Below, piece after piece: positions 48,866 through 62,591 of a stretch of DNA of 64,000 nt (the first letter of the stretch is position 1; every line of letters starts with the position of its first letter). Position numbers and translations under genes: made by a program. The DNA is from Podarcis bocagei (Eukaryota). The notes beneath the pieces were generated by a model. It saw only the letters and a program-made list of their open reading frames with translations. It did not search any database and was not told the DNA's origin. Location of the stretch: the NCBI GenBank assembly GCA_964188305.1, contig OZ076901.1. One strand, 5' to 3'.

Positions 48866-50496
48866 GTAAGTAGATACACTTGCCTTCTGCTCTTGTTCTG
48901 ACAATGGAAAGGTGTTGGGTTTGGGTAGCACTGTTACCAAAGTCATAAATGGAAGTGTTTCCTGGTTAGGGTTTTTCCGATAAAGTTCCTCCTTTGCACA
49001 ACCCATAGCAAGTCCATTAGTGCCCATTTCCAAATGTAACAGACTTATCTCTGTTCTAATCTGGTGCCAGGCAGTGTTATGATACAGACTGCAGTCCGTG
49101 AGTGCCAAGGACGACGCCAAGCTGAGTTTATTTTATTTGAGTAATCAACCATGTCTTCCTGGTTTCTTGCTCACAGGGAAAATGCAACTCCCCCCCCCCC
49201 AGAAGATTGAACCAATTTTGTAAAATAAACTTTGCTGTCCAACATTAAAGTGTGTTTTTTAAAACGGCTCTGTCTTTACGCTAGCAGTCTGCTGCCTCTT
49301 CTGAAATTAAGCAGAGGGCTATGAATTGTATCTGACAATTAGCCCTATTCAGAGTAGAACCATTGAAATGACTGGAGAGAGCTAACTTAATGCCATTCAT
49401 TTCAATGGTCTACCCTGAATAGAATTCAATTGGATGCAACCCAATGTTACCAGGACACACATTGCAGAATTCAAGTGAGCCTCTCTTAACTTGCCAAAAT
49501 AAGATGTTTATTTATCAAGGGCATAGATTATGACATCAAAGGGATACAGTGTTAGACTGCAAGCTTTCGTTCTGGTTGGATGTTCCTGAGCCCATGGATG
49601 TTGGCCTTGCTTGTGTAAGAATGACCATGTGTAGATTGAAGTCTATTGTCTCCAGCCCCATAACCCTCTTTTGAAGGGCTGCCTTTGAGTGCATTATATT
49701 GTTGTTGTTGTTTTTGTTTGTTTGTTTGTTTACATTTTTCTATCACTTTATACAACAGAAAAAGCCTCAAAGTGACTTTACAAGATAAAATACACCAATT
49801 AAGAGTAATTTAAAATAACGAACAATGCAAAATACGTAGAACGGGCATCCAATAATATATCAATAGGGACAAGTCCTACCCATCCCACTAATAAATGAAG
49901 ACTACCGTAGGAGGCAACTTAATTACAAGAGGCCTGAGTAAACAAAAAGGTCTGGTACTTAAAAGACTTGGCAATGATGGCTCTAGAGCATTTCATGGGA
50001 TGGAGGGGGGGTAGGACTAAATAGACCAGTTCTCATGTGGTTGCCCTTCACATGAAATGTAATATATGTTTAGGCCTTCTGGTCCCAGTCCATACATCAT
50101 GGTATGTATGCCCCTGGTTTTCCAGAGGGTTAGTCCGTACTTCCAAGGGGTCCGTTTGCCCCAGCAGAATTGCCAGCTTTCGTCAGTGCCACATCTCCAA
50201 CTGCTATTGAAAACCCCCTCCATTTTAAAGTTAGTTTGCCATGCAGCATGGGAAGATGCACTTCAAGAAACACCCATCCTAAGTCACCTTTGGCAGCATG
50301 CCGAAGAACTATTTACTCTCCTTTGGATCCCAGACGCCGTTCCTTCTTTCTAGTAATCTTCATTGGACAATGTTATAGGATAATAACCTTGAAAACTTTG
50401 GCACAGAATTCTGCCTATTCTAAGGGAGAAACGCCCTCTCTCAGACCTCCACACGTACTACAATATGTATGTATATATGTATTTATTTTATTTCAG

Positions 50497-50690
50497 GTAT
50501 TGAACTGAAACACCTCTGTCTGGAATACATGACCCCCTGGTTGTTGAATCTGGTCCGCTTCTGCAAACACAATGACGATGCCAAACGCCAGCGAGTCACT
50601 GCTATTCTCGATAAGCTCATCACAATGACCATAAATGAGAAGCAGATGTACCCTTCCATTCAAGCCAAGATATGGGGGAGCTTGGGCCAG
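50497..50690 (+). CDS. NF1: NF1 coding exon (exon 40 equivalent), 194 bp
   Basis: tttcag|IELKHLCLEYMTPWL...QAKIWGSLGQ|gtattg. Confidence 0.97.
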
Positions 50691-51962
50691 GTATTGCCTT
50701 TTTTGTGTGTTGCAGATCTTATCTGTGGTGTTCATGGGAGAAACGATGTCCTTGACAGTCGCTTAAGTATTAATTACTAGAAGGTTCGCTTCCAGTCTCG
50801 CTAGAGTCACAAATAAAGATAAATTTGCATCTACCTTAAGTGTTTGCAATTCATGTTAAATATTCAACTCTTGTTATCTTTGAACCATCTTCGACATCTG
50901 TTGTTATTTTTTGCTGGGCCTTGGAAGGAAAGGGGCTCAAAATGTCATATTCAGAATCTTCCAAAAAAGTAAGCATCCAGTTTGAAACTGTTGAGGGAGA
51001 TCTGTTGAATCGGTTGATTTTTTACAGTTTCCGTGTTTGATTCTGGCTTAGGTATGGAAATGTGGCTGGTCTTGAGAAAGCCATTTATTTTAATAGTGTA
51101 ATAAATTGTAATACTACTTCCGTTTGGCCAGCAGGACTAGTAGAATGGGTTTAGGCTCCACCTTCTGGTCAAGGCAGGAACAAACTCTTTGGAAGTAGGC
51201 TACTCCCATGATCCTCTCGTTTGCTTCTTGCCTTCATCAAATTCAGTGGATTGCTTAAGCTCCCTTAATATTTCTCCTCAGAGTCCTTTGCTCTGTTTCT
51301 TCCCTCTTAGCTCAGCTCTCCTTGTTCCTAACAATTTGCTGCTGTTGGTGTTCCCTTGTGTCTCTGGATTGCTTCAGGTCTCCCCCCCCCCTTGTTTTTT
51401 TTTTTTTTTTTTAATTTATATCCCACTCTTTGTCCCAAAGGATCCCATGGTGGCAATATGCTAAGCATTCCCAACTTGGGGGTAGGAAAAGCTATGAGAT
51501 CACCTGTTGGTTGGTTTGACAAAATTTGTATCTTACCATTAAAAGTCTTGCATTTCCAGGTCACCTGATCAGTAGTAAATGCAAAAGTGCCATTTAAAAA
51601 TAAATAAATGGATTATTAAAATTAAGCAAACTAACTAACACAGCACACGCAAAGAGCAACAGCTTGCTTGCACAGGTAGATAGTCAAAGAAGACTGCTCT
51701 AAATAAAAATGCCAGCATGAGACCTTTTTAAAAAAGTATGGGAAGTGCCGTTACCTGGAATCTAATTGATAGCTGCAAGGGCACCCAGCAGCCTTCTCCA
51801 GGGAGAACAATCAAAATGCAAGAACACATCACGGGAAAAGGGCTCCCTCCAGTTGAAGATTGCGGTGGATGGATGGCAAATAGTTTGTGGAGAGCCTCCT
51901 GTGAGGTTCGGCTGAAGTTCTTATGTTAACGGATGCAAATGATTTATTGTCTTTTACAACAG

Positions 51963-52103
51963 ATTACTGACCTGCTTGACGTAGTGCTGGACAGTTTCAT
52001 CAAAACCAGTGCCACAGGGGGATTGGGATCCATCAAAGCGGAGGTTATGGCAGACACAGCTGTAGCTCTGGCATCTGGAAACGTGAAATTGGTTTCCAGT
52101 AAA
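51963..52103 (+). CDS. NF1: NF1 coding exon (exon 41 equivalent), 141 bp
   Basis: caacag|ITDLLDVVLDSFIKTSATGGLGS...VKLVSSK|gtaagt. Confidence 0.97.
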
Positions 52104-53419
52104 GTAAGTTCTTCTCTTCCTTAACCAGTTTAAACCTAGTGAACTGTTTTGACACTGTCTCTCCACATCTGAAAAGAAATGTTATGGTCGTGTGAAGTCA
52201 TCACTCCCTGCCCTCCATCCTTCCTTATAGTAATCTAAGAAAGCTGCAAACCATAAGGGAGGTAGTTCCTAAAGAAGGAAAGGGTTAGCTCCCTTCTCTG
52301 TCCTGCTTTGTTGGGGCAGCAGGCAGAGCGCAGGATAATTCCTGCAGAGGCAGCACAACACTGTTGGCTGTGTGGTATTCAGTTCACGTTGGTGGAAATG
52401 GCACTAAAATGTTAAAATATAAGATGAGACCTGCTAGTTCAAACCAGAGATCTATTTAGTCCTGCCTGTTGTCAGCCAGATGTTCTGGGAAGCGCACAAG
52501 CACGACTCTGAAGGCAACAACCCTTCCTAGCTGTTTCACGTAGGTTTTGTTACAGTTGTGAATTGACACTAATTTCAGTGGTAGTCCACTTGTAGAAGCT
52601 TAAGGTGCTATTTATTTATTTAAATATACATGTTCTGTGCTGCTTGTCATCCCAAATAAATTTCAAAGCAGTTTACAAAGACAAAATAATAATTAAAAGC
52701 ATGTCAATTAAAAAAACCATAAAGTGTCACAAATACCAACAATAGTGTAGAGAGCATTCAGATTCTCTCTTACCCTTTGAGTACAGCAATGGTTGGTTGG
52801 CCCTAACATTGGTCATAAAGCCATCCATCAGAACAGTTTTTAAAGTATTTTTTCATGAGGGGAAGAAAGGCTTTTCCATAGCCCTGAACAAACCTTGGTG
52901 CCATTTAGAGCAGATATTTTGTGGGGTGAGAAATCAGAGCAAAGCAGATAGCCTGCCTGAAGCATTTGGGCAAGGGGGCGGAAAAGCCGGAAGAACTCTT
53001 GATTTGGCCACTGTGCATGTCAGTTGAGGAAGGAAAATGTGGGGTTGCAGGGAAGAACTAGTCTTGCAGCTATAAAGTTCCTCGTCGCAGGTACATCTGT
53101 ACATGCCTTAGCAGGTTAAGCCCAAAGGCTTCCTGGAAGAGGTGTGTTTCAAGGAGGAACTTGAAAATAATCCTATGTAGGATTAACAGTGGAAAAGAAA
53201 CCTAAATGTCAGGATACGCACCAACAGCTGTTGACGAGCACAATGTCTCTTTCTTTGGGAGTCTCAGACTCTGTTCCCCTGTCCCTTTCCCCTCTTGACG
53301 GTTCTCTCAAGCGTCCCTCGGGAACACCTTGTCCCTCAGGCGAACTGTGATGCTACCTTTTGTTGTTGTTCTGAACGTAGAGCGCTCCTTACTAAAAGTG
53401 ACTGGTTGCTCCCTTTCAG

Positions 53420-53699
53420 GTAATTGGAAGGATGTGCAAAATAATCGACAAGACCTGTCTGTCTCCAACTCCTACATTAGAGCAGCACCTGATGTGGGAT
53501 GATATTGCCATTCTAGCCCGTTACATGCTGATGCTGTCCTTTAACAATTCACTTGATGTGGCTGCACACCTCCCCTACCTCTTCCATGTAGTTACTCTGT
53601 TGGTGGCCACCGGTCCTCTTTCCCTTAGAGCTTCCACCCATGGCCTGGTCATCAACATCATTCATTCTCTGTGCACTTGTTCACAACTCCACTTTAGTG
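53420..53699 (+). CDS. NF1: NF1 coding exon (exon 42 equivalent), 280 bp
   Basis: tttcag|VIGRMCKIIDKTCLSPTPTLEQHLMWDD...CSQLHFS|gtaagt. Confidence 0.97.
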
Positions 53700-55890
53700 G
53701 TAAGTCCTTTACGAGATGGTTTTATTGACTGAGTTGATCTCTCCTTTAAACTTGTACTTTGTTTCCTAGCAGCTGACCTTGGGGGAGATTTAAAGGGTTA
53801 GCAGGGTCCAGTATAAATCTTGAGTATGTCAAATGTCTGTATCAGTGATGAGCAGCTACCTGCTGCCTCTTTCCGTCCCATCTCTGTTGTCCCTTCATTT
53901 CTCTCTCTGCTACTTGCAGGAATTGTGAGTGCCTCCCTCCTAAACACTGTGCTTTCTTCTCCTGCTGTTCAGCTGTGCATGGGCCTGCCTGCCTGCACAT
54001 AGCAATCGGGACCGGGATTTTCTAGGGGCCATCAAAGTAGGGACAGTTCTGACAGCAAGGAAGGGAAAAGGCTTTGAGAGGCCTTATCTGGGTCGCAAGA
54101 TACCTGTTGAGGAACAAAGATCTAGGCTAGTGCACACAAATTATTTGAAGAATCAGCTGCGATTGTACAATATATCCAGTGAGTGTGACACTCACTGCAT
54201 TAAACTGAACATAGGAAAGCAACTCAGTAGTGATGGGTTGATTTTAGAGTTGTCTCATCAGCTGCTGAGCCATAAAGGTGCTTGAACACGTTCCTAATAA
54301 TTGTTGGAGAAGTGAGTTAGATACCACAGACCTTCCCTTGCTTAAAAATCCAGTACAAGTAAGTGATGTTACATAAGCCCTTTGAATTATAGCCAGTATG
54401 GTAGATCAAACTTTGATGTACAGTGTTGTGAAACTGTTTAAGGTAAGCAAAAACAAAACAAAACCCTGTGCTCTCTATTTTAAATACATTATATATCAAG
54501 AGAGCTAATGGAACCTGTGCTCCATATTTGCTGAACCTGCTATGTATGACCTCTAGCTCTTCCCCTGTAGCCCTCCTTTATCTTCTCCTCTCTCATTTTC
54601 CATGTAGTCACACTATACAAAGCTGCAGTTTAGACTTGGGGGCTATATATTTTGTGTTTTAATAGAGTGAGGTTTTAGTGTTGCATTTAAAATCACGCTG
54701 TGAGGTCTAAGGAATGCTAAGATCAGTTCGCTCCCGCTGAAGGCTCTACAAGCATCGTAAGGTAGAACAAAATTGACTGCCTGTCATGACCGTAAATTAG
54801 GGATGCATGTAGTGTTGCCATTGGGCTTAAAATAAATTGTAGGGCAACCTTTTGCTTTTGTGGTTAAAGAAGAATACACTGTAGAGATCAATAGCTGGAG
54901 GGAAATGTGGAGCATTTAGGCAATTCTCAATCTCCCATGGTGGGTAAAGCAGTCTCCACATAAGAGGCAGTGTCACTTTGTGATGAAACAGAATTCCTCT
55001 GCCCAGGGTAAGATGCTTCCCTGCTCTGTTTACTCTTACCTTTGCTGATCTGAAGTCACCCAAAGTTTTCCACTTTGAGCTCCTTCCTTCCCTCCTCTTC
55101 TCAAGCATCCAGTGTGAACTTTTTTCTCTTTTTTTCTTTTTTTTTGGCTCTCTGATTCAGTTACAAGAGCATGCCTGCCTTAAAGCAGGTCAGACTATTT
55201 CAGCCCTGTGTTTAATAACTCGCCTGGTAGCCAGAGGCGAGAAGGAATTATGTGTAGGCACACAAGTGGGCTGCCTAGAATCTGGCTGCCTGGTTTCTGT
55301 ATTGGTTGAAGAGCAGTCCCTCAACTTCCTTCTGCCAGCACACATGGTAGGATGCAATATTTATTTTCTTTACTAGTTTACTAAGAGGCTAGTATTCAAG
55401 GGGTTCTGTACTAGACACTTTGGGACGGGGAGAGTGTCCTCTCATGTGGCCAGCATGAAAATGCAGAATGCTAGCCTCTTATCCAGGTGAGTAAAAAACA
55501 TTATTTACAGGCTAGTAACTTTTGCCTACTTATTTACAAGGCTGGGCTGTTTGTCCCATCTAACCCCAGTATTGTCTGCTCCAGCCCTCCCCAGTCTGGT
55601 GTCCTCCAGGGGTAGTTGGAACTACAACCTGGGCAGGTGGGTTGTGCATTTGGAATCTTACTGGTTGTTGACATCGCCCAGAGCTGGGCAAGTAAAATGA
55701 GGAGAACCATCAGAGGCATGACCATTATGGAAGGACATGGTTAATGGTTTTACTTTATTTCAGGCCAGGTCCTAAAATAGGCACTTACCATAATATGGAC
55801 GTTGTAGTGGCATATGTGTGTGTATGTTTGCGATTTAATCTAAACAGATGGAAGGAGATTCGAAGTACCTGTTTTTACTTCCTTCAACAG

Positions 55891-56105
55891 AGGAGACCAA
55901 ACAAGTGTTGAGACTGAGCTTAACAGAGTTCTCACTCCCCAAGTTCTACTTGCTGTTTGGAATAAGCAAGGTGAAGTCGGCAGCTGTCATTGCATTCCGA
56001 TCCAGTTACCGGGACCGGTCGTTCTCTCCCGGCTCCTATGAGAGGGAGACGTTTGCACTGACTTCTCTGGAAACGGTGACAGAAGCTCTGCTGGAGATTA
56101 TGGAG
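55891..56105 (+). CDS. NF1: NF1 coding exon (exon 43 equivalent), 215 bp
   Basis: caacag|(E)[23 protein letters not shown]...EALLEIME|gtatga. Confidence 0.97.
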
Positions 56106-56590
56106 GTATGATATGTGCAAGGCAAACCATGAATGTGCCACATCATCTGTGGGTTGAATTCAGGATTGTAGCTGGTACTCAGTTAAAACTTTGGTTGGTT
56201 GTTTCTGAACAGGACACATTTTAATCAGTGAGGCCAAGAGTTAGTGCATGGGCTTGTATTTGGAGGGAGCAAGAAAGAAAATGTTTCAAATGACCTTGCT
56301 GACAGTGAATGGCAGCTCTTGGCTTAGTCAACACATGTAGCAGACTCAGGTGGTAGTGGATTGTACCACTCCCATAATAGGCCATGCTGGCTAAGGTTAT
56401 GGAAGTTGGTGACTTCCAACATTTGAAGCCACAGGTTCCCCTTCCCTGCCTTGTAACTTAGTACCTCACAAAGGACACCTTTGCTGCATGTGTGGATAAC
56501 ACCATAAGGTGTCTGTTAACTTAGCAGTTAAAGACAGCAGGCAATGTATCCATAGGGAGAAAGCTGTTGTTTACTAATTACTGGAATGGG

Positions 56591-56724
56591 ATCATAGAAT
56601 AATCCCATTGGAAGAGACCACGTGGGTCATCTAGTCTAACCCCCTGCAATGCAGGAATTTTTTGCCCAAGGTGGGACTCGAACCCAAAACCCTGAGATTA
56701 AGAGTCGAGCTCTACCAACAGCTA
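56591..56724 (-). mobile_element. tRNA(Lys-like)-headed SINE with CR1-type tail
   Basis: Similar to 6161-6282 (GACTCTTAATCTCAGGGTT..GGGTTCGAG on the minus strand plus CR1 tail). Confidence 0.65.
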
Positions 56725-56911
56725 ATTGTTTGTCTTATATATACATATATGGCAACTATACATATGTAATGTTGCATTTATTTTTGCTTTATTTAAAAAA
56801 ATAAAAAACAAGCATCAGAAAGAGAAAGCGAGCACATGCCTGAAATTTAATATTGCTTTTACTTAACGTTATTTGCTCAGACACTGTTGCTTTTGCCTTT
56901 CCCCCCTGTAG

Positions 56912-56973
56912 GCATGTATGAGAGATATTCCGACCTGCAAGTGGCTTGACCAGTGGACGGAACTAGCTCAGAA
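56912..56973 (+). CDS. NF1: NF1 coding exon (exon 44 equivalent), 62 bp
   Basis: ctgtag|ACMRDIPTCKWLDQWTELAQ(K)|gtaggt. Confidence 0.95.
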
Positions 56974-57127
56974 GTAGGTCATTTTGCCCCCCAACCCCAA
57001 GCTTGTTTGGTGGTACACCTGTGTCACATTTGCTATTCCTTCAGCCATCTTCCATCCCCACCCGATTTCACTGTTGGCCTTATTCTAGTCGGTGGCCTGC
57101 TTGATAGCTGCTTTCCCTCCTCCACAG

Positions 57128-57242
57128 GTTTGCATTCCAATATAATCCGTCCCTCCAGCCAAGAGCCCTGGTTGTCTTTGGTTGCATTAGCAAACGGGTG
57201 TCACACGGACAGATAAAGCAGATCATCCGGATTCTTAGCAAG
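57128..57242 (+). CDS. NF1: NF1 coding exon (exon 45 equivalent), 115 bp
   Basis: ccacag|[38 protein letters not shown]|gtatgt. Confidence 0.97.
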
Positions 57243-58101
57243 GTATGTACCCTCCTTTCCTGCCTGCTGTTGCTTTTCTTTTCATGTAGCTCTTATTTCC
57301 AGGCTAAGGCACTTCAGCCCATTGAAACGCATACTGTCTGGAATGCAAGCAAGCATTCAACTCCTCCTGCGAAACATTTCGGTGCTGTGCAGTACGCTGC
57401 AGTCACAGAAGGCTTGAAGTCTTGTGGCCTTTTTGTGGCACTTGTTTGTTCTGTCTGAGGAGTTATCTTGGTTCAAGGCACCCCCAAAAGTTTAGGGGTG
57501 CTTGCCTGCCCCCTCACACTTGGATGTGCATCTCCTGGGCCTGGCACTGCTATATAGAATGCTTGGGCTTGTTGCATCTGCCATGTTTTGTGGCAGTGGG
57601 CATTTTTCCCATCACATTGTACTTTAGCTGTCAATAATTTTGCCATTCTGGTTGCCCAGGATTACACTCTGCTTAGCTCACAACCCAACTCTGAAACAAA
57701 CAACCCTGGATCCAACCCTCTTGATGACACTTTTGAAACAAGCCCATAAATGAGAAACTGACAATCTGTGGAGGGGGAAGCAGGGCTTTCAGGCTACGTG
57801 AGGAACACTCCTCTCAGTGGCTTCAGTTTTCTCCTAGAGGCTTTAAAGGATACATCTCACAGGTTGGATCTGTCACTGTGTGAATGGAGACAGAATGTGA
57901 AAATAGTGATCCAGCTGCTATATATATTGCATAGTCCAGCAGGAGGCCAGTCTGCTATCCTATTGCTTTACAGCTTGTGTTGTAATGATAGGCACCCTTA
58001 CCTCGGAATAATACCCATTGAAGGCCGTCTTACTTCCTTCTGAGTAGATATGCTTAGGATTCTGCTGCTTGTTCATTGTTAACATATTAGATCTTGTAAT
58101 G

Positions 58102-59314
58102 CAAAAGTGGGCCTAAAAAGATTGATGAGGGCATTCTCAGGATACTGCCAAAGAGAACAGCTAGCTGTGAATTACAAGAAAACTGAAGTCATGGTGTTTT
58201 CAAGAAACTATAGGGCCCATAAATGGTATATGGATAATCAGTTGATCGAACAAGTCTTTAAGTACTTCGGCCTTATTTTTCAGTCAACAGGGCCATCAGA
58301 AATATGCAAAGAAAAGGAGTCTCAGAGTGCCAAAATTCTGACATGCTTTTTCCATACAAAAGGTGTCAATCACATACCATCAGCACTTGAAGTGTTAAAG
58401 CTAAACCCCTAGCACAATTATTATTTGGGGCTCAGATTTGGACTGGCGCTCATCTTGGATCTACAGAAGCTGTTCATTCTAAGTTCCTAAGGCAATTTTT
58501 TCCTGTTCCGTCCTGTGTTCCAAATGCTTCATTGCACTTGCAGGCTAATCTACCTTCTGCTGAATTACAGATTTGGTTCAGGACATTTAATTATTGGCTT
58601 CGCTTAAATTTAAATCCCACAGGTCTACTACTCTTAGTATCACAAGATTGTCATGAGAGCGCTTGGACTAAAATTGTCAACCAAAAGCTTTACTTTTCTG
58701 GTTTATCACCACAACAGTTATTAAAGGAAATAATTTAATTAGACAGCGGCTATATATCGCGTGACAGAAAAATTTGGCCACAATAAGGAAATTTTGTCCA
58801 TGATATGATTATTTTGCACCTAGTCATTTTGACACATTGGCACCCTATTTACAAAATTTAACAATTCCAAAATACAGACATGCTTTCACTTTCACAATAT
58901 TGAATATACTGCCTTCAGCTGTACTTGTGGGTCGATTTCAAAAAAATCCACTGGGAAAATGGTTGTATCCCTGTGGAGATGGCAGTATTGAGTCCGTGAC
59001 TCATGTGCTTCTGGCTTGCACTCTTTATAAACATTTGAGGAGTGAGGTTATTACCCTCCTATTATTGTCCATGCCGGGTCGCTCAACCATTGCTACCGTG
59101 TCCTTTCTTTTAGCAGATGAAGATGATCAGGTGACAGCAAAAACTGCAAAAAATAAATAAATAGCAGGGCCAATTAGAATAAGATCTATTATTTGATTAT
59201 TGATTTAAACCTCCAGAACATATTTTGTATAGTTAAGTTTTTACCTCTATCTTCAGTACATGGATTTTTGAAAAATTTCTATGGCTTGTGGCTGATGCAA
59301 ATAAAGCTTCTTCT
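58102..59314 (+). mobile_element. 5'-truncated, degenerate non-LTR retrotransposon (clade uncertain, possibly RTE-X-like)
   Basis: Frameshifted ORF pieces: RT tail (YCQREQLAVNYKKTEVMVF...IEQVFKYFG) and C-terminal knuckle remnant (YPCGDGSIESVTHVLLAC..Y..LR); AATAAA at 59300; 12-bp TSD GATCTTGTAATG at 58090 and 59315. Confidence 0.8.
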
Positions 59315-59407
59315 GATCTTGTAATGGGCTTACTTGTATATCCAGCTGGTTTTCTGCTTAAATCTTTCAACTGGGAGGTACCTTTGTTGCTTCTTTGTTC
59401 CCAGAAG

Positions 59408-59590
59408 GGGACGTGCCATAGCTCACTGGCAGAGCACCTGCCTTGCATGCAGAAGGCCTAGGGTTCAATCCCCAGCATCTCCTGGGAGAGGCTGCTGTCT
59501 GAAATCCTGATGAGCTGCTGTCCGTCAGTGTAGACAGTACCAGGCTAGATGGAGCAATGGTCTAAGGCATCTTCTTGCTTTCCATATTTA
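59408..59590 (+). mobile_element. Squam3-like tRNA-derived SINE
   Basis: CATAGCTCACTGGCAGAGCA A-box, GGTTCAATCCC B-box, CAGTGTAGACAGTAC body. Confidence 0.7.
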
Positions 59591-60354
59591 GGCTAGAGCT
59601 GCATGCTGCTGGTACAGCAGAGAGAAGCTGTGGTTGGTCCTGAATGGGATTGTAGAACAAATGAGTCCAAAGCAAAGTGTTGTCATCACAGGACTCAATC
59701 TTCTGCACAAATAGGGGGAAATTGTGGCATAAAGAATAGAAAGAGCAGAGGGGAACAGATAGACCTTTTGCTCAGCTGTGAAAGGGATCAATAAAGGGAA
59801 AAGATGGGAGCAATTTGTAGACTAACAGCTTCATGCTAGAATGAAAATAAACATGAAAGCATTTCTGAGGGGGTGAAACCATAGTGACACGTGGGTGAGA
59901 GAGGTTCACTTTAACAGAGGCATTTGTGATTGACAGAAGCGGGAGGTGGTTGGAGAGTAAGAACGCAAAAGGAGAGACTGAGCCTCAGCCTGGTATTTCA
60001 GTGTTGTTGTTTTTTACTATATTTACATAGCTCCCCAACAAAGTATATTCTGCAATATGAAATAATAATAAAAACTAAAAGCACAGATTTTAAAGCTAAG
60101 AAGATGACTCCATGAAACATACGTTATTGAAAATGCCTGGGGGAGCAACAAGTCTTCAGGTGAACATCTGCAGGAAGACTGATCCATACAACTAGGGTGC
60201 CACCACTGAATAGGTCCTCCTCTCCCTAGTGATAACCCACCTTGTGTTATTGGGCAGGGGCAATGCAAATCAGCTTTTAAAACCTGGAGCAAAGAGAAGG
60301 GGAGCCATGCCTTGCAATCACAAGCCAATCCTCTTTTTCCTTTCTTGATTACAG

Positions 60355-60456
60355 GGTCTCGAGAGCTGCTTGAAAGGCCCCGATAACTACAATAGCCAGG
60401 TTCTAATAGAAGCCACGGTCATAGCACTGACCAAGCTGCAGCCACTTCTCAATAAG
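60355..60456 (+). CDS. NF1: NF1 coding exon (exon 46 equivalent), 102 bp
   Basis: ttacag|[34 protein letters not shown]|gtaagc. Confidence 0.96.
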
Positions 60457-61133
60457 GTAAGCTGCCTCAGTGCTCAACCGCCTGTTCTCCTTTGCTGTTT
60501 AGAGCAAATACAAGGTGGTTCGAATGAGGAGGCTCTGGTAGCTCAAGCGCAGATCTTCCGCCTGTCTTTCCTCTCTGAACATCTTCTTTGCTGAAGAGGA
60601 ATTTTTAAATGTTGCTGCTGTACATATTTGGCAAATGGAACTTAGTATGGTGTGGCTTAAGACACTGTGGCCTGATGTCATTAGGACCATTCCTTGGGCT
60701 TGCACATTCTCTCCCTCGCACATTCTACTTTTTCGCCTTGCCTCTTGGTTCTCAGTAAACCATGCTTTCTGTTCTGTTTGAGAGGCAAACTATGGTTTGC
60801 GCTAATGGTAGTTTACTTGACTTGGTCATAATCAGAGCACCCACAGGCAGGGGGGGGGTGTAGAGGGGGTGTTTGAGTCTGAGTTGTGGCACCGACAGCT
60901 AAATGCTGGTGATTTTGAGTTGGTTGTTTAGCAAGTAAGTGCCTAGCATGTTTTCAGTCTCTGCCAGCCCAAGCCAGGATGCTGAAGCACAGTTCGAAGT
61001 GGAATTTAAGATTCCATCTTTTCTCAGAGCTGGTAATTGTAGCTTCCTTGTTTTGATGAAATGGGAAACTGTGGTTAATTAGAGACTTCCTGAAGAGAGT
61101 AGCTGTATGTGTGGTCAAAAGGCTGTTTGGCCA

Positions 61134-61400
61134 CATAGAATTGTATTATTGGGAAGGTCCAGCTCTCTGCAATGCAAGAATCTCAGCTAAAGCATCCATG
61201 ACAGATGGCCATCCAACTTCTGCTTATAAACTTCAAATGAAGGAGAATCCACCACCTGAGAGAGCCCATTCCACTGTCCCAACAGCCCTTGCCATCATTA
61301 AGATCTTCTTAAGGCTTAGTCAGAATCTCCTTTCTTGTAATTTGAGTCCATTGATTTGGGCCCCAACCTCTGGCACAGTAGAAAACAAGCTAGCTCCATC
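61134..61400 (-). mobile_element. Degenerate CR1 3' end
   Basis: CATAGAATTG...GGAAGG tail and GATGGCCATCCA.C.TCTGCTTA.A..CTTCAA CR1-like 3' sequence; similar to 7118-7225. Confidence 0.55.
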
Positions 61401-61656
61401 TTGCATCTTTACATATTGTGGCTTACTGAGCCGCAGCATATTATCCAAACCAAGCCAACAGGTGCACAAATGTGATTCTCCCCAATTTGCATATATTATA
61501 CCAGTTATAGGCCCCCTTCGGCTGCTAGGGTTGTTTACATTGCAAAATGAATCCAGTGTACGTGATGAATGCAGCGTGTGACTTTCTGCTTTGGCTGTTC
61601 ATCACAGAAGCGAGTTTTGCATTTCAACCTGGTGGCTTTTACCTTCCCCTGTCCAG

Positions 61657-61797
61657 GACTCGCCTTTGCACAAGGCCCTCTTCTGGGTGGCCATGGCTGT
61701 TCTGCAGCTGGACGAAGTCAGTCTGTATTCAGCGGGCACAGCTCTCCTCGAGCAGAATCTCCATACTCTGGACAACCTTCGAGTATTCAATGACAAA
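61657..61797 (+). CDS. NF1: NF1 coding exon (exon 47 equivalent), 141 bp
   Basis: gtccag|[21 protein letters not shown]...NLRVFNDK|gtaagt. Confidence 0.97.
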
Positions 61798-62012
61798 GTA
61801 AGTCAGCCACTTGTCAGGATACATCAACACACACACACACCTGAATATCTTTAGTCGTGCCGGCAATTGGAGGTGAAACTTGCTTGAAAAACGGTGCATC
61901 TTTCCTTTTGAGTGATAACTTGAGTGTTGAGAATGGAAGCAATTCCCCCACCCTACTTCAGGTTATTTAAAATAGTAATGGAGAAAATAATAATAAAAAT
62001 GACGACAACAAC

Positions 62013-62015
62013 TAA

Positions 62016-62080
<65 letters not shown>
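62013..62080. repeat. Compound trinucleotide microsatellite (TAG)n(TAA)n
   Basis: Direct reading. Confidence 0.95.
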
Positions 62081-62178
62081 GAAGATGATGTGTATGGGAC
62101 TTGTCCAGTTGGGCTGCAGGCTTCATTAAAACACTGGAGCCAGAGGAACTGCAGGTTGTCTGGGAAGCCTACAAAGTA

Positions 62179-62591
62179 CCGTATTTTTCGCTCTATAACA
62201 CACACCCGACCATAACACGCACGTAGTTTTTAGAGGAGGAAAATCCGTAGGCATGCCACCCGTAGGCATTCCCTCCATAACACGCACAGACATTTCCCGT
62301 TACTTTCTAGGAGAAAAAAAGTGAGTGTTATGGTGCAAAAAATGTGGTACCATATTTTTCGCTCTATAAGACAAACTTTTCCCCTCCTAAAAAGTAAGGG
62401 GAAATGTGTGTGCGTCTTATGGAGCAAATGCAGGTTTCGCAGCTATCCCAGAAGCCAGAACAGCAAGAGGGATCGCTGCTTTCGCTGCGCAGCAATCCCT
62501 CTTGCTGTTCTGACTTCGCTTCGCTGGAGAGGCGCTGTGCAGAGAGGGAGAGCTGCACAGAGAGGGGGAGCTTATAGAGCAAAAAATATGG
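62179..62591. mobile_element. Two adjacent pogo/Tc2-like MITEs (62179-62347 and 62350-62591)
   Basis: TA|CCGTATTTTTCGCTCTATAA ... TTATGGTGCAAAAAATGTGG|TA|CCATATTTTTCGCTCTATAAG ... CTTATAGAGCAAAAAATATGG|TA. Confidence 0.8.
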
